A DNA stretch of 32,000 bases, from the NCBI GenBank assembly GCA_963698035.1, contig OY969114.1, forward strand, positions 30,001 through 62,000. Direction: 5' to 3'. Position 1 is the stretch's first letter. Each line of letters begins with the position of its first letter. Positions 1 to 9,162 of this stretch are shown piece by piece. Source of the DNA: Candidatus Saccharimonadota bacterium. Its GTDB lineage: Archaea > Micrarchaeota > Micrarchaeia > Micrarchaeales > Micrarchaeaceae. The position numbers and the translations under genes are program-made. Under the pieces are notes generated by a model. It was not told the origin of the DNA. It did no database searches and was given only the letters and a program-made list of their open reading frames with translations.

Positions 1-341
1 AGGACGCAGGTAAGGCGGAGATGCTGTTGAGTGTACTCCCTGTCCTGGACGAATTCGAGCTCGCGCTAATCTCGCTCGGCACGATGCAGGATAAGAGCGT
101 CGCAAGGGGCATAGAGATGGTATACGCGAACCTCCTGGATGCGCTGGAGCGCGAGGGGCTAATCGAGCTAGACACGGACGGGATATACGATCCGTACAAG
201 CACGAGATAGTCGTATCGAGGGCGGACAGCAAGAAGAAGCCAGGCACGATACTCGAGGTCGTCAAGAAGGGATACACTTTCAACGGAATAATGCTCAGGC
301 CAGCATCAGTCATAATATCAAAAGAGGAGGATAGGAAATGA
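1..341 (+). CDS. grpE: GrpE nucleotide-exchange factor, C-terminal part (5' end outside window)
   Basis: ORF is open to the left edge. Translation LPVLDEFELAL...GIEMVYANLLDALEREGL...YDPYKHEIV...GTILEVVKKGYTFNGIMLRPASVII fits the conserved GrpE C-terminal pattern. It lies directly upstream of dnaK-dnaJ. Confidence 0.85.
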   Translation, partial: DAGKAEMLLSVLPVLDEFELALISLGTMQDKSVARGIEMVYANLLDALEREGLIELDTDGIYDPYKHEIVVSRADSKKKPGTILEVVKKGYTFNGIMLRPASVIISKEEDRK

Positions 342-583
342 AGCATCACAAGATGAAGCCCCACCATTACTTATACCACATATGGACTTCCGCGAAGACG
401 GGCTACGATGAGTTTGCTTGGATATTCTTCATAGTCACGATAGGGACCATTATAGGCACGTCACTTAAGATAACTGGTGGGATTCTGACGATACTCCTCG
501 CATTTGTATTATTCTACATCGCTGGAAGATTCCATACCAGATTTGAAAAGAAATTTAATAAAATAAGTAAGCAACAAAAATGA
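338..583 (+). CDS. small His-rich two-TM membrane protein, unknown function
   Basis: 81 codons. The ATG overlaps the grpE stop (ATGA at 338-341). N-terminus is MKHHKMKPHHYLYH, followed by two hydrophobic segments (FAWIFFIVTIGTIIGTSL and GGILTILLAFVLFYIAG). No family recognised. Confidence 0.45.
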   Translation: MKHHKMKPHHYLYHIWTSAKTGYDEFAWIFFIVTIGTIIGTSLKITGGILTILLAFVLFYIAGRFHTRFEKKFNKISKQQK

Positions 584-598
584 TATTTAGGTGAAAAC

Positions 599-2438
599 AT
601 GAAAACGATAGGAATAGACCTTGGAACTTCAAACTCCGCGGCAGCGGTGCTTGAGGGCGGAAGCCCCGTCATAATACCGAGCAGCGAGGGCACCTCGCTG
701 TACGGGAAGGCGTTCCCGAGCTACGTTGCATTCACAAAGGACGGGCAGAGGCTCATCGGCGAGACTGCGAGGAGGCAGGCTGTGGCGAACCCCGAGGGGA
801 CAGTGACAGCATTCAAGAGGAAGATGGGGACCGAGTACAGATACAAGATATTCGGCAAGGAGTACACGCCACAGGAGCTCTCGGCGATACTGCTGCAGAA
901 GATAAAGAAGGACGCAGAGGCGTTCCTTGGGGAGGCGATAACAAAGGCGGTCATAACGGTGCCCGCCTACTTCAACGACAACCAGAGGCAGGCTACCAAG
1001 GACGCAGGCCAGATAGCGGGGCTGGAGGTAGTCAGGCTTGTCAACGAGCCCACGGCAGCGGCGCTTGCATACGGGCTCGACAAGGCCGATAGAGGAGATG
1101 AAGATAATGGTCTACGACTTTGGAGGCGGGACCCTAGACGTGACAATCATGGATTTCGGAAAGGGGGTCTTCGAGGTCATGTCGACGAGCGGGGACACGC
1201 AGCTGGGCGGGACCGACATGGACAACGTGATAGTGGACATGCTGCTCAAGGAGGTAAAGGAGAAGCACGGAGCAGACGTGTCAAAGGATCCACAGGCTAT
1301 GCAGAGGCTCAGGGAGGCAGGAGAGAGGGCGAAGATAGAGCTCTCCACGGTGCTCAACTCCGAGATAAACCTGCCCTTCCTTGCGAAGGACGCGAAGGGC
1401 AACCCTGTGAACTTCACCTACACATTCACCAGGGCGAAGCTCGAGGCGCTCGTCGTCCCGATAATAGAGAGATCGGCAAAGTCGGTCATGCAGGCGCTGA
1501 AGGACGCGAAGCTGGAGCCCACCGCACTCGACAAGGTGATACTCGTTGGGGGGCCGACAAGGATGCCGATAGTGCAAAGGTACGTTGAGCAGCTTCTCGG
1601 GAAGAAGATAGAGCGCGGAGTCGACCCGATGGAGGCGGTCGCGCTCGGCGCGGCGATACAGGCTGGTGTGCTCACTGGGGAGGTGAAGGACATAGTCCTG
1701 CTTGACGTCACACCTCTATCGCTCAGTATAGAGACACTTGGAGGCGTAGCGACCAAGATAATCGAGAGGAACACAACCATACCGATAAAGAAGACGCAGG
1801 TCTTCTCCACTGCCGATGATTCCCAGACTGCGGTAGACATAGACATGGTGCAGGGCGAGAGGGTGCTCGCTAAGGACAACGTCGAACTGGGCAAGTTCAC
1901 CCTTACAGGGATACCGCCTGCAAGGAGGGGGGTGCCGCAGATAGAGGTGACCTTCGACATAGACTCCAACGGGATACTGCACGTGACCGCGAAGGACAAG
2001 GCAACCGACAAGGCGCAGGGCATGGACATAGTCGCGCCTAACAAGATGAACAAGGAAGATATAGAAAAGAAGATCGAAGATGCAAAACGCTTCGAAGAGC
2101 AGGATGCTAGGATAAAGGAGCAGGTCGAGACGAAGAACTCGGCCGAATCGCTGATTTACACCACCGAAAAGACATTGGAGGAGTATAAGGAGAAGGTCCC
2201 GAAGGAGGTGGTCGACAAGGTAAGCGCGGCCACGGACGACCTCAAGAACGCCCTCAAGGGCGAGGATACCGATGAGATAAAGAGGAAGAGCGAGGACCTC
2301 ACAAAGGCGCTGCAGGAGATAGGCAATAGTGTCTACAAGGGCTCACAGCCGGGGCAGGGTGAGCAGCCACAGGGCAGCCCCTCTGGCGACGAGGGAGCAG
2401 GCGGCGCGACAGATGCGGACTTCAAGGTCGAGAAGTGA
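599..2438 (+). pseudogene. dnaK: Hsp70 chaperone DnaK, reading frame interrupted by a 1-nt shift near 1088-1092 (pseudogene, consensus error or recoding)
   Basis: SD AGGTGA lies just upstream of ATG 599. The first frame (599 to about 1090) reads [10 protein letters not shown]...[20 protein letters not shown]...[15 protein letters not shown]. The Hsp70 sequence continues in the next frame from about 1092 as [20 protein letters not shown]...[11 protein letters not shown]...[11 protein letters not shown], through the substrate-binding domain and an acidic/Gly-rich tail to the stop at 2438. Confidence 0.9.
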
Positions 2439-2448
2439 GAATGCTTAG

Positions 2449-3564
2449 ATGGCAGAGGATTACTACAAGGTACTGGGAGTGGCTAAGGACGCAAGCCAGG
2501 ACGAGATAAAGAGAGCCTACAGAGACCTCGCCATGAAACTCCATCCAGATAAGAACAAGGACAAGTCCACAGAAGAAAAGTTCAAGACGATAAACGAAGC
2601 CTATGCCGTGCTGGGCGATTCTGACAAGAGGAAGCAGTACGACGCTTACGGGCCAGAGCAGTTCGGCAGGGTCTACTCCCAAGAGGACATATTCAGGGAC
2701 TTCGACATCGGAGATGTCCTGAGGAAGATGGGGATCGACTTCGGCTTCAGCCCATTCGGAGGTGGAGAAGACATCTTCGGCAGCATGTTCGGCTTCGGCA
2801 ACCAGAGAAGAGGGGACTTGGGCAATGACATACTCGCCAGGATAGACGTATCGTTGGAGCAGGCGGCGCGTGGCACAGAGAAGGATATAAGCGTAAGGCA
2901 CGTGGTGCACTGTGATAATTGCAATGGAAGCGGCGCGGAGCCGGACAGCAAGATAGTAGAGTGCAGCAGGTGCGGGGGGAGCGGCCAACTGAGGACCACT
3001 AGGTCAGGCCCGTTCGGGATCATGCAAACAATAAGCGCCTGCCCCAAGTGCGGTGGGCAGGGCAGGAGCCCATCAAAGGTGTGCAGGAGCTGCAGCGGGA
3101 GCGGGAAGAGGTCTGCGGAGAACAGGATAAAGGTGACGATACCGAGGGGGGTTGATACCGGCATCAGACTCAGGGTCAGAGGAATGGGCGACTTCGGAAA
3201 GGACAGAACCGGAGACCTTTACGTTGATGTGAACGTTATGAAGGACAGGAGGTTCAGAAGGGAGGGTGACAGCATCCACGTGGATGTGAGGGTGCCCTTC
3301 TATGTTGCGGCGCTCGGCGGCAGGGTGAGCGTGCCTACCCTCTATGGGGACAAGGAGATTACGCTGGAGGAGGGAACACAGAGCGACAGCACCGTGACGC
3401 TGAAGGGGCAGGGGATGCCACGCTTCAACTCGTCAGGTGTGGGAGACGAAATTGCGAAGATGGTTGTTGAGGTTCCAAAGCACCTCACAAAGGAGCAGAG
3501 GGAGCACCTCGAAAGGCTGGCCGAGCTAGACGGCAATAAAAAGAAGAAGTTTGGAATATTCTAA
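2449..3564 (+). CDS. dnaJ: Hsp40 co-chaperone DnaJ (type I)
   Basis: J domain with HPD (YYKVLGV...[10 protein letters not shown]), a G/F-rich linker ([20 protein letters not shown]) and four CxxCxGxG zinc motifs ([32 protein letters not shown]). Confidence 0.95.
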   Translation: MAEDYYKVLGVAKDASQDEIKRAYRDLAMKLHPDKNKDKSTEEKFKTINEAYAVLGDSDKRKQYDAYGPEQFGRVYSQEDIFRDFDIGDVLRKMGIDFGFSPFGGGEDIFGSMFGFGNQRRGDLGNDILARIDVSLEQAARGTEKDISVRHVVHCDNCNGSGAEPDSKIVECSRCGGSGQLRTTRSGPFGIMQTISACPKCGGQGRSPSKVCRSCSGSGKRSAENRIKVTIPRGVDTGIRLRVRGMGDFGKDRTGDLYVDVNVMKDRRFRREGDSIHVDVRVPFYVAALGGRVSVPTLYGDKEITLEEGTQSDSTVTLKGQGMPRFNSSGVGDEIAKMVVEVPKHLTKEQREHLERLAELDGNKKKKFGIF

Positions 3565-3583
3565 ATACTCTAAATGTTCTAGA

Positions 3584-5551
3584 TCACTTCAGCCTTATCG
3601 TGTCGAGGTTCATCGGCGCCCTCGAGTCGACATGCAGCATTCTTCCTATGCTCCTCGCCAGGTCCTCGCATTTGGTCTCTTCACCATGCATCGTATAGAC
3701 CGTCTTAGGCCTCGGCCTTAGGTTCTCCGCGAAGCTCATCAGTTGCCTTCTGTCGCTATGGCCAGAGAAACCGTCAATCGTACTCAAGCTGAGATTAATC
3801 TTCACTGGGACAAGCTTCCCGTCCTCGTCCGGAAGGACCACCTCCCTGAGGCCGTTCTGCAGCCTCCTCGCTAGGGAGTTGGCGCTGTTGAACCCCACAA
3901 AGAGGAGTGCATTCCTTGGGTCATCCGCGAGCATCCTCAGGTAATCGAGGCTCGCGCCTCCGTTGAGCATTCCGCCGCTTGCAATTATTATCGCAGGGCC
4001 CTTATCCACTATGTCCCTCCTCTCGCCTTTAATTATCTCGAATATCTCGCTCTCGAACGGCGACCTGTTGTTGAGTATCCTGTTCCTGAGCCCCTCCTTG
4101 AGGTACTCGGGATACGCAGTGTGTATCGCGCTCGCCTCCAGTATCATGCCGTCGAGGTAGACCGGCACGTCCATCTTGTAGGGGCCATCGTTTGTAAGGT
4201 AGTTCTCCAGCACCAACTGTATCTCCTGCGCCCTTCCTACCGCAAAGACCGGTATTATCACTTTGCCGTTGTTTTGGACGGTCCTCTTTACCGCATCCAT
4301 CAACTGCCTTTCTGCGTCGTTCCTGTTTGGGGTTATGTCTGCGTGTCCCCCGTACGTGCTCTCGATGAAGAGCGCATCTATCCTCGGGTACTTGACGCTC
4401 GCCGGATCCAGAAGCCGGGTGTAGCCGTACTTCATGTCACCCGTGTGGACTATGTTGTACATGCCCTCGCCCGCGTGCAGGTGTACGATCCCGCTGCCGA
4501 GTATGTGCCCAGCATTGTGGTAGGTGAGCTTTATCTCGTCGGTTATGTTCGTTACCTCGCCGTACTCCCTTGTTATCGTGTGGAGCAGCATCTTCCTTAC
4601 GTCCTTTTCATCGTAGAGAGGCGTGCCCCCGCTCCTCTGGACCAGCTTCACGTAGTCGTTCAGCAGCAGCGCGGCGAGGTCTCTGGTGGGCGGGGTGCAG
4701 TATACGGGCCCTTCGTAGCCATACTTGAAGAGGTACGGGATGAAGCCTATGTGGTCCATGTGCGAGTGGGTTATTATGACGGCGCTGATGTCATTTATCG
4801 AGATGTTCGCGCTGTCGAGATACGGGAAAGCCTTGTTCGAATCGGAATTGGCATTCGCGTCGACACCCCTAACTGCAGGTTCGGGGCTGAGCCCGCAGTC
4901 TATTATCACCTTCGAGCCCTTTGTCTCTAGGAGGAGGCTGCTCCTCCCTACCTCGCGGTAGCCTCCCAGGGCGGTGGCCTTGAGCCATTCGCTCCGCTCC
5001 AGGGTCATGTTTATGTCCTTGCCAATTTTGGTAAGGAACTTCTTCCTGAAGTCCTCCTCGTTGAACATCAGCTGCCTTACCCCCGAAAGCGTATCGCTGC
5101 TCATCGTGGGGGTGCGCAGCACCTTGGGCGCCCATCCGGTCTGCATCGATATGGACTTCAGCGTGCTCCCTCCCTTTCCAATCACCAGGCCCGGCTTGAG
5201 CGCCTCGATGTAGACCTCTGAGAACTTCGGCATGAACCTTATGTTTGCGACTATAGCCTCTGGCGGGATTATCGACTTTATCAGCACCAACGCCTTCTCC
5301 ACATCCATGAGCGAGGATTCGTCGCTCCTGAGTATCAGCTTTTTCTTTATCGATGAGGCGATTACCCTGACGATCGAGTCGTCCTGGTAGACCGCCTTCG
5401 CGTTCTTCATGTAAAGAACTATGTCGGGGCCTTCGAACTCGGCCTTGACGAAGCCCGCTTCTTTGGGCAGCATCGCATTTATCTTGTCAAAAAGTTGCTC
5501 AAGTTGCTCCTTCGACTTGCTTGCTTCGCTTTTTTCTTCCAAAGAAATCAC
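3584..5551 (-). CDS. fttA: aCPSF1/FttA-type beta-CASP ribonuclease with N-terminal KH domains (archaeal transcription termination/RNA processing factor)
   Basis: 655 aa with a GTG start. N-terminal KH-like region (EFEGPDIVLYMKN, GLVIGKGGSTLKSI), metallo-beta-lactamase HxHxDH motif (THSHMDHIG) and a beta-CASP C-terminal half. The length is typical for aCPSF1. Confidence 0.9.
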   Translation of the reverse strand: MISLEEKSEASKSKEQLEQLFDKINAMLPKEAGFVKAEFEGPDIVLYMKNAKAVYQDDSIVRVIASSIKKKLILRSDESSLMDVEKALVLIKSIIPPEAIVANIRFMPKFSEVYIEALKPGLVIGKGGSTLKSISMQTGWAPKVLRTPTMSSDTLSGVRQLMFNEEDFRKKFLTKIGKDINMTLERSEWLKATALGGYREVGRSSLLLETKGSKVIIDCGLSPEPAVRGVDANANSDSNKAFPYLDSANISINDISAVIITHSHMDHIGFIPYLFKYGYEGPVYCTPPTRDLAALLLNDYVKLVQRSGGTPLYDEKDVRKMLLHTITREYGEVTNITDEIKLTYHNAGHILGSGIVHLHAGEGMYNIVHTGDMKYGYTRLLDPASVKYPRIDALFIESTYGGHADITPNRNDAERQLMDAVKRTVQNNGKVIIPVFAVGRAQEIQLVLENYLTNDGPYKMDVPVYLDGMILEASAIHTAYPEYLKEGLRNRILNNRSPFESEIFEIIKGERRDIVDKGPAIIIASGGMLNGGASLDYLRMLADDPRNALLFVGFNSANSLARRLQNGLREVVLPDEDGKLVPVKINLSLSTIDGFSGHSDRRQLMSFAENLRPRPKTVYTMHGEETKCEDLARSIGRMLHVDSRAPMNLDTIRLK

Positions 5552-5609
5552 TGGTAGGACTTAGGTTGCCTAAAATCTGTCGCTTTTACGGATTTGCTAG
5601 GTTAGTGCC

Positions 5610-6251
5610 TTACTTGCTGCCTGCAGCCCCGATCTTTTCGAGGTCTTTTCCTGTATATTCTATGTAGCCTGACTTTGTTATCGCCGCTATGAACATCCCG
5701 TCTCCAGTCGCAGAGTCGCGCTTCATCGCTATGCTGAGGGCCTTCGCCGCCAGCTTTACCGCATCTTTTGCAACTATGCCTTTCTTGTAGGCGTCCTCAA
5801 TATAACCGAGGGCTGTGAACATGCCGGAGCCGGTCGCAGCGAACTTGCTCTCGTCGCCCACGCCGCCAACCGGGTCTAAGGAATACAATTGGGGGCTATC
5901 GCCGTCGAGCCCTCCCACCATGAGTTGGACGTAGTAGGGCATCATTTTGCTCTGCTGCAATATTATTGAAAGCAGCGATGTGGCAGATTTCGGCGACATA
6001 GACCTATTCTCATTCATCTTGTATATTTCGTTCTGCGCTTTAAGTATCCTTATTAATTCCTGCGCATCGCCCACGCCGCCGGCGATTGTTATGGCTATAT
6101 TATTGTCTATCTTCCAGACCTTCCTTGTTTCACTATTGAAGATGAAGGTGTCTCCAGTCATCCTTGTATCGGCGCCGAGCACGACGCCATCACTGCAGAC
6201 TATGCCTATCGTAGTGGTGCCTTTCAATTCTTTTAAATATTCTGGCTTCAT
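5610..6251 (-). CDS. psmB: 20S proteasome beta subunit
   Basis: Short propeptide MKPEYLKELKG, then the active-site Thr in TTTIGIVCSDGVVLGADTR, with GSG and GGxDG-type Ntn-hydrolase motifs. I prefer ATG 6251 over the TTG at 6308 offered by the ORF track, which would add 19 non-conserved residues. Confidence 0.9.
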   Translation of the reverse strand: MKPEYLKELKGTTTIGIVCSDGVVLGADTRMTGDTFIFNSETRKVWKIDNNIAITIAGGVGDAQELIRILKAQNEIYKMNENRSMSPKSATSLLSIILQQSKMMPYYVQLMVGGLDGDSPQLYSLDPVGGVGDESKFAATGSGMFTALGYIEDAYKKGIVAKDAVKLAAKALSIAMKRDSATGDGMFIAAITKSGYIEYTGKDLEKIGAAGSK

Positions 6252-6372
6252 GAAAATTACCCCATGGCTCTGCCAACAGATTAAACATACCTCTCTTATG
6301 AAAGGCAAAAAGTCGGCTTAACCTATCACTCGCCTAATACATTTCACACCATTAAATATAAAAGGCTATCTC

Positions 6373-6627
6373 TCAGAACTCCAGCTGGCTTCCGTTGCCG
6401 ATGAGCTCCCTGACGCCGTCATTTAACTCTGCATATGCGAACGTGCGGTGCACCTTGGTTACCTTCACTTTGTAGTTATTCCCGATCCTTGTCTTCGCGT
6501 TGTTCACAAAGACGACTAGGTTGCCTATCCTGCCTATGCCCTCTCCCCGAGCGCCCTTTGCATTCACGCGGAGGTCGTACACTGCACCTTCCTCTACCTG
6601 GTCTCCTTCATTCATGTTCTCACCCAA
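6373..6627 (-). CDS. small stand-alone TRAM-domain protein (RNA-binding/chaperone type)
   Basis: 84 aa. VYDLRVNAKGARGEGIGRIGNLVVFVNNAKTRIGNNYKVKVTKVHRTFAYAEL fits the TRAM beta-barrel pattern (G.G.a.i.g..vfV.ga..Gd...v.i.kv....a.a). SD GGGTGA lies upstream of the ATG. Confidence 0.75.
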   Translation of the reverse strand: MGENMNEGDQVEEGAVYDLRVNAKGARGEGIGRIGNLVVFVNNAKTRIGNNYKVKVTKVHRTFAYAELNDGVRELIGNGSQLEF

Positions 6628-6793
6628 TTAACTTAGACTCGTCTCAAAGGCAACTCCCACCCGTCGCCGAAATTGCCATTCCCTAAAAATATATGCATCA
6701 AAGAGTCTTTAAGCATGCTCTACAGTTCGCAAGTATTTTGACACTTGTCTAACCTAACCGAAAGTGTTTGCCTCTCAGACGGAGCTCCGACTG

Positions 6794-6829
6794 CAAAACA
6801 AAAAGGAATGCTGCAGCGCCGCACTGCAG
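6794..6829 (-). terminator. hairpin plus oligo-T just downstream of tfb
   Basis: On the minus strand, CTGCAGTGCGGCGCTGCAG (two palindromic CTGCAG arms, 6811-6829) is followed by CCTTTTTGTTTTG (6794-6806). It begins 6 nt after the tfb stop. Confidence 0.4.
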
Positions 6830-6834
6830 AAAAA

Positions 6835-7959
6835 TCAAAGATTGACGTCGATGTTCAGCTGCTCCTTCAGCTCCCTGTACCTGTTTCTTATAGTGACCTC
6901 TGTAACTCCTGCCACGTCGGCGACCTCCTTCTGGGTTCTTCTCTCCCCGCAGAGCGCGCCCGCTATGTAGACGGCAGCTGCGCTAACCCCTGTCGGGCTT
7001 CTTCCTGATACAAGACCCTTCTTCATCGCCTGCTTTAGCAGCGTGATGGACTTCTCCTGTGCTTCGCCGCTGAGTTTCAGCGAGTTGACATACCTGGGCA
7101 CGTAGCTTATCGGATCCGTGAGCGGTATTCTCAGGCCGAGCTCGTGCGATATGACGCGGTAGGCCCTGCCTATCTCTTTCTTTGGCAGGCCGGATATGCT
7201 GGATATTTCGTCAAGCGTCCTCGGCATGCCCGCGCTCCTGCATGCGGCGTATATGACCGCCTGTACCACTGTCTCTATCGGTCTGCCCCTTATCATGTTG
7301 CTCTGCACGCACCTCCTGTATAGAAGCGCTGCGTTCTCCCTTATATTGTCGGGCAGTCCTAGATAGCTCGACACCCTGTGCAGCTCAGGCAGGGCGATGA
7401 GATAGTTCCTCTCGCTAGAGCTCGATATGCTGGCGCGCTTGTGCCACTTCCTCATCCTGTAGAGCTGCGCCTGCCTCTTCGATGGTATCCTAACCCCGCG
7501 TATGTCCTTGTTGTAAAGGTCTATCTCGGTAACAAGGCCGCGGTTGGGCTTAGTGTACTTTATGGGAGCTCCCGTCCTCGCCCTGGCGTTCCTCTGGTCC
7601 GTGTCGAAGGCGCGCCATTCGGGGCCTGAATCTGTAGCGTTCTCCTCTATCACGAGCCCGCAGTTGTTGCAGACCTTCTCCCCTCTTTCGCTGTCGAATA
7701 TTAGCTCCGCAGAGCCGCAGCTAGGGCATCTCTTCTGCTCCAACAGCTCCTGCTGCATTGCGGCTGTGCCAAGGTTCTCATTGCCGGGCAGGTACATCGT
7801 CTCTCCCAGCCCGCTCCTCGGGCGGCCCCTTCCCCTCTTCGCGGGGCTCTCCTCTATACTCAGCTTGTTGTCATTGAGCACTATCTTCCTTACCCTCTGA
7901 ACGATAGGTTTGTTACTCTTTGGCGTTTTGCTCCTTTGCGTCTTCTTCGTCTTTGGCAT
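6835..7959 (-). CDS. tfb: transcription initiation factor TFB (TFIIB homologue) with an N-terminal basic extension
   Basis: Zn-ribbon CPSCGS...CNNCGLV, two cyclin-fold repeats and a C-terminal HTH (VAGVTEVTIRNRYRELKEQL). ATG 7959 is preceded by GGTGA. Alternative starts are TTG 8007 (ORF track) and ATG 7758, which would give a canonical-length TFB. Confidence 0.9.
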   Translation of the reverse strand: MPKTKKTQRSKTPKSNKPIVQRVRKIVLNDNKLSIEESPAKRGRGRPRSGLGETMYLPGNENLGTAAMQQELLEQKRCPSCGSAELIFDSERGEKVCNNCGLVIEENATDSGPEWRAFDTDQRNARARTGAPIKYTKPNRGLVTEIDLYNKDIRGVRIPSKRQAQLYRMRKWHKRASISSSSERNYLIALPELHRVSSYLGLPDNIRENAALLYRRCVQSNMIRGRPIETVVQAVIYAACRSAGMPRTLDEISSISGLPKKEIGRAYRVISHELGLRIPLTDPISYVPRYVNSLKLSGEAQEKSITLLKQAMKKGLVSGRSPTGVSAAAVYIAGALCGERRTQKEVADVAGVTEVTIRNRYRELKEQLNIDVNL

Positions 7960-8012
7960 TGTTTCACCGGTTGAACTTGAGTTTAGCCTGTCCTCGTGCA
8001 ATAACAAGAACC

Positions 8013-8020
8013 TTTTTAAA
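8013..8020 (-). promoter_or_regulatory. candidate TATA box for tfb
   Basis: The minus strand reads ATGTTTAAAAAGG about 55 nt upstream of ATG 7959. This would put a TSS near 7990, downstream of the TTG 8007 alternative start. Confidence 0.3.
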
Positions 8021-8196
8021 CATTTCTAAAATAAGCAATACTATAGGATGCAAGAAGATATTTAAACCTTTCGGTAGATCTCCCTCGTTAGACCATTTTT
8101 GGAACGGCTTTTGACCTCTGTCTGCTTAACTTCCAGTGAATAGCGCTTCGCAGAAGCTATTTAAAGTTAGCACATGATGGTTTAGTAGGTGATCAA

Positions 8197-8487
8197 ATGA
8201 AAATCAGCGAGATATACAGCATGGACATATATAGCGACAGCGGGCAGTACCTCGGAGAGGTGCGCGATGCTATAGTGGACCTGGAGAGGGGCGAAGTCAG
8301 CAGGCTGCTGATGCAGGAGTGGAAGAATTCAGACAGGGCAGAGGTAAAGAAGGTCCTCCAGCAGAAGAGCGTCCTATTCAAGAACGTAAAGAACATAGGG
8401 GACGTTGTCCTCGTTGCAGGAACCGGACAGCCAACAAGGCAGGAAAGCGCAGCAAGCAGCGAAGTAATAGACCTGTCGGGAAGATAA
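8197..8487 (+). CDS. PRC-barrel domain protein
   Basis: 96 aa. MKISEIYSMDIYSDSGQYLGEVRDAIVDLERGEVSRLLM fits the PRC-barrel pattern (l.G..Vy...G..lG.V.d...d...g.v..l.v). A near-perfect SD AGGTGATC lies at 8187-8194. Confidence 0.6.
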   Translation: MKISEIYSMDIYSDSGQYLGEVRDAIVDLERGEVSRLLMQEWKNSDRAEVKKVLQQKSVLFKNVKNIGDVVLVAGTGQPTRQESAASSEVIDLSGR

Positions 8488-8500
8488 ATTTCACAAAATT

Positions 8501-8535
8501 GCCCATACGGCGATCGCATGGGCTTTCTTTTTATT
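8501..8535 (+). terminator. hairpin plus T-tract after the PRC-barrel gene
   Basis: GCCCAT-ACGGCGATCGC-ATGGGC (6-bp stem) is followed by TTTCTTTTTATTAT. Confidence 0.4.
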
Positions 8536-8653
8536 ATGAGTGGTTCATGTTCTCGGAATCCGTTATGAAGTTCTTCGGGTCAACCTCCCCAGCTTATCTG
8601 GGCGTTAAGGTTTATATTCTTAAGCTGGAGAGAATGATGCAGCGGTAAACGTG

Positions 8654-8728
8654 GGCTCCCTTCGTCTAGTCCGGCCAAGGACACAGGGCTTTCAATCCTG
8701 GAACCCGGGTTCAAATCCCGGAGGGAGC
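8654..8728 (+). tRNA. tRNA-Glu (anticodon UUC)
   Basis: Hand-folded cloverleaf of 75 nt. Acceptor GCTCCCT/AGGGAGC, D-stem GTCT/GGAC, anticodon stem CAGGG/TCCTG with loop CTTTCAA, T-arm CCGGG-TTCAAAT-CCCGG, discriminator A. CCA is not encoded. Confidence 0.9.
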
Positions 8729-8886
8729 AAATGATCTGGAGTTATTATAAGAACCACAAAGGTCCCACTAAAATTCGATTTTGCGCCCCCTCTCCAAACC
8801 ATTTTTAATACTTGTGTATTTTCTTATTTTTCCTGCTGGCGTTAGCCTTTTAATGCTTTCTTTGGTATATAGATAAGGTGTAAACA

Positions 8887-9162
8887 ATGGCTGAAAAGAA
8901 AAATGTTGTGTCAATCGATCCCGACCTCTATTACAAGAGGCGCCTCTCCTATGAGGAAAAGCACTCCGGCTGGACCATATTCAAGTGCATATTCGGGGGT
9001 ATCTACCTGTTCGTAATAGGTATGCTGCTACTGATGGTTATCTCGAAAACGCAAAACTACGCGGTCTTCCTCGGTTGGGGCTCGCTACTGCTGGCGTTCT
9101 TTGTGATAGTCTACGGGTTTGCCAAGTCGCTGCACTTGAAGCTTATGAAGAGCTACGCATAA
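8887..9162 (+). CDS. small two-TM membrane protein, unknown function
   Basis: 91 aa. SD AAGGTG lies upstream of the ATG. Two long hydrophobic helices (IFGGIYLFVIGMLLLMVI and FLGWGSLLLAFFVIVYGF). No family recognised. Confidence 0.5.
   Translation: MAEKKNVVSIDPDLYYKRRLSYEEKHSGWTIFKCIFGGIYLFVIGMLLLMVISKTQNYAVFLGWGSLLLAFFVIVYGFAKSLHLKLMKSYA

Noticed and set aside
1098-2438. An independent split DnaK C-terminal gene re-initiating at ATG 1098 ([11 protein letters not shown]).
   Set aside because: The split would cut the actin-like ATPase fold in the middle of a lobe. The only SD-like string (GAGGAG) abuts the ATG with no spacer. A simple 1-nt indel explains the data better.
4121-4930. A 269-aa ORF antisense to aCPSF1. 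Similar long shadow ORFs occur at 1418-2053 (dnaK), 17722-18480 (gatE), 19289-19864 (gatD), 20118-21317 (MtaB-like), 9437-9991 and 24932-25480.
   Set aside because: All lie fully inside strongly supported genes on the opposite strand. They have skewed low-complexity composition and no motifs. They are typical stop-poor antisense frames rather than genes.
7960-8007. TTG start codons offered by the ORF track: TFB at 8007, psmB at 6308 and the HAD hydrolase at 28993.
   Set aside because: In each case an in-frame ATG slightly downstream has better SD or TATA spacing, and for psmB it gives a propeptide of typical length. The extra residues are non-conserved. These remain possible alternatives.
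8319-8648. A 109-aa ORF overlapping the 3' half of the PRC-barrel gene and running up to the tRNA-Glu.
   Set aside because: It is out of frame with the supported PRC-barrel gene. It crosses that gene's hairpin/T-tract terminator and the tRNA promoter region. Its composition is Arg-rich and low-complexity.
8702-8720. A 19-nt exact repeat (ACCCGGGTTCAAATCCCGG) shared between 8702-8720 and 26052-26070, considered as possible att sites bounding an integrated element.
   Set aside because: Both copies are the T-arms of two different, complete tRNAs (Glu and Gly). This is conserved tRNA structure, not an integration scar. No integrase lies in between.
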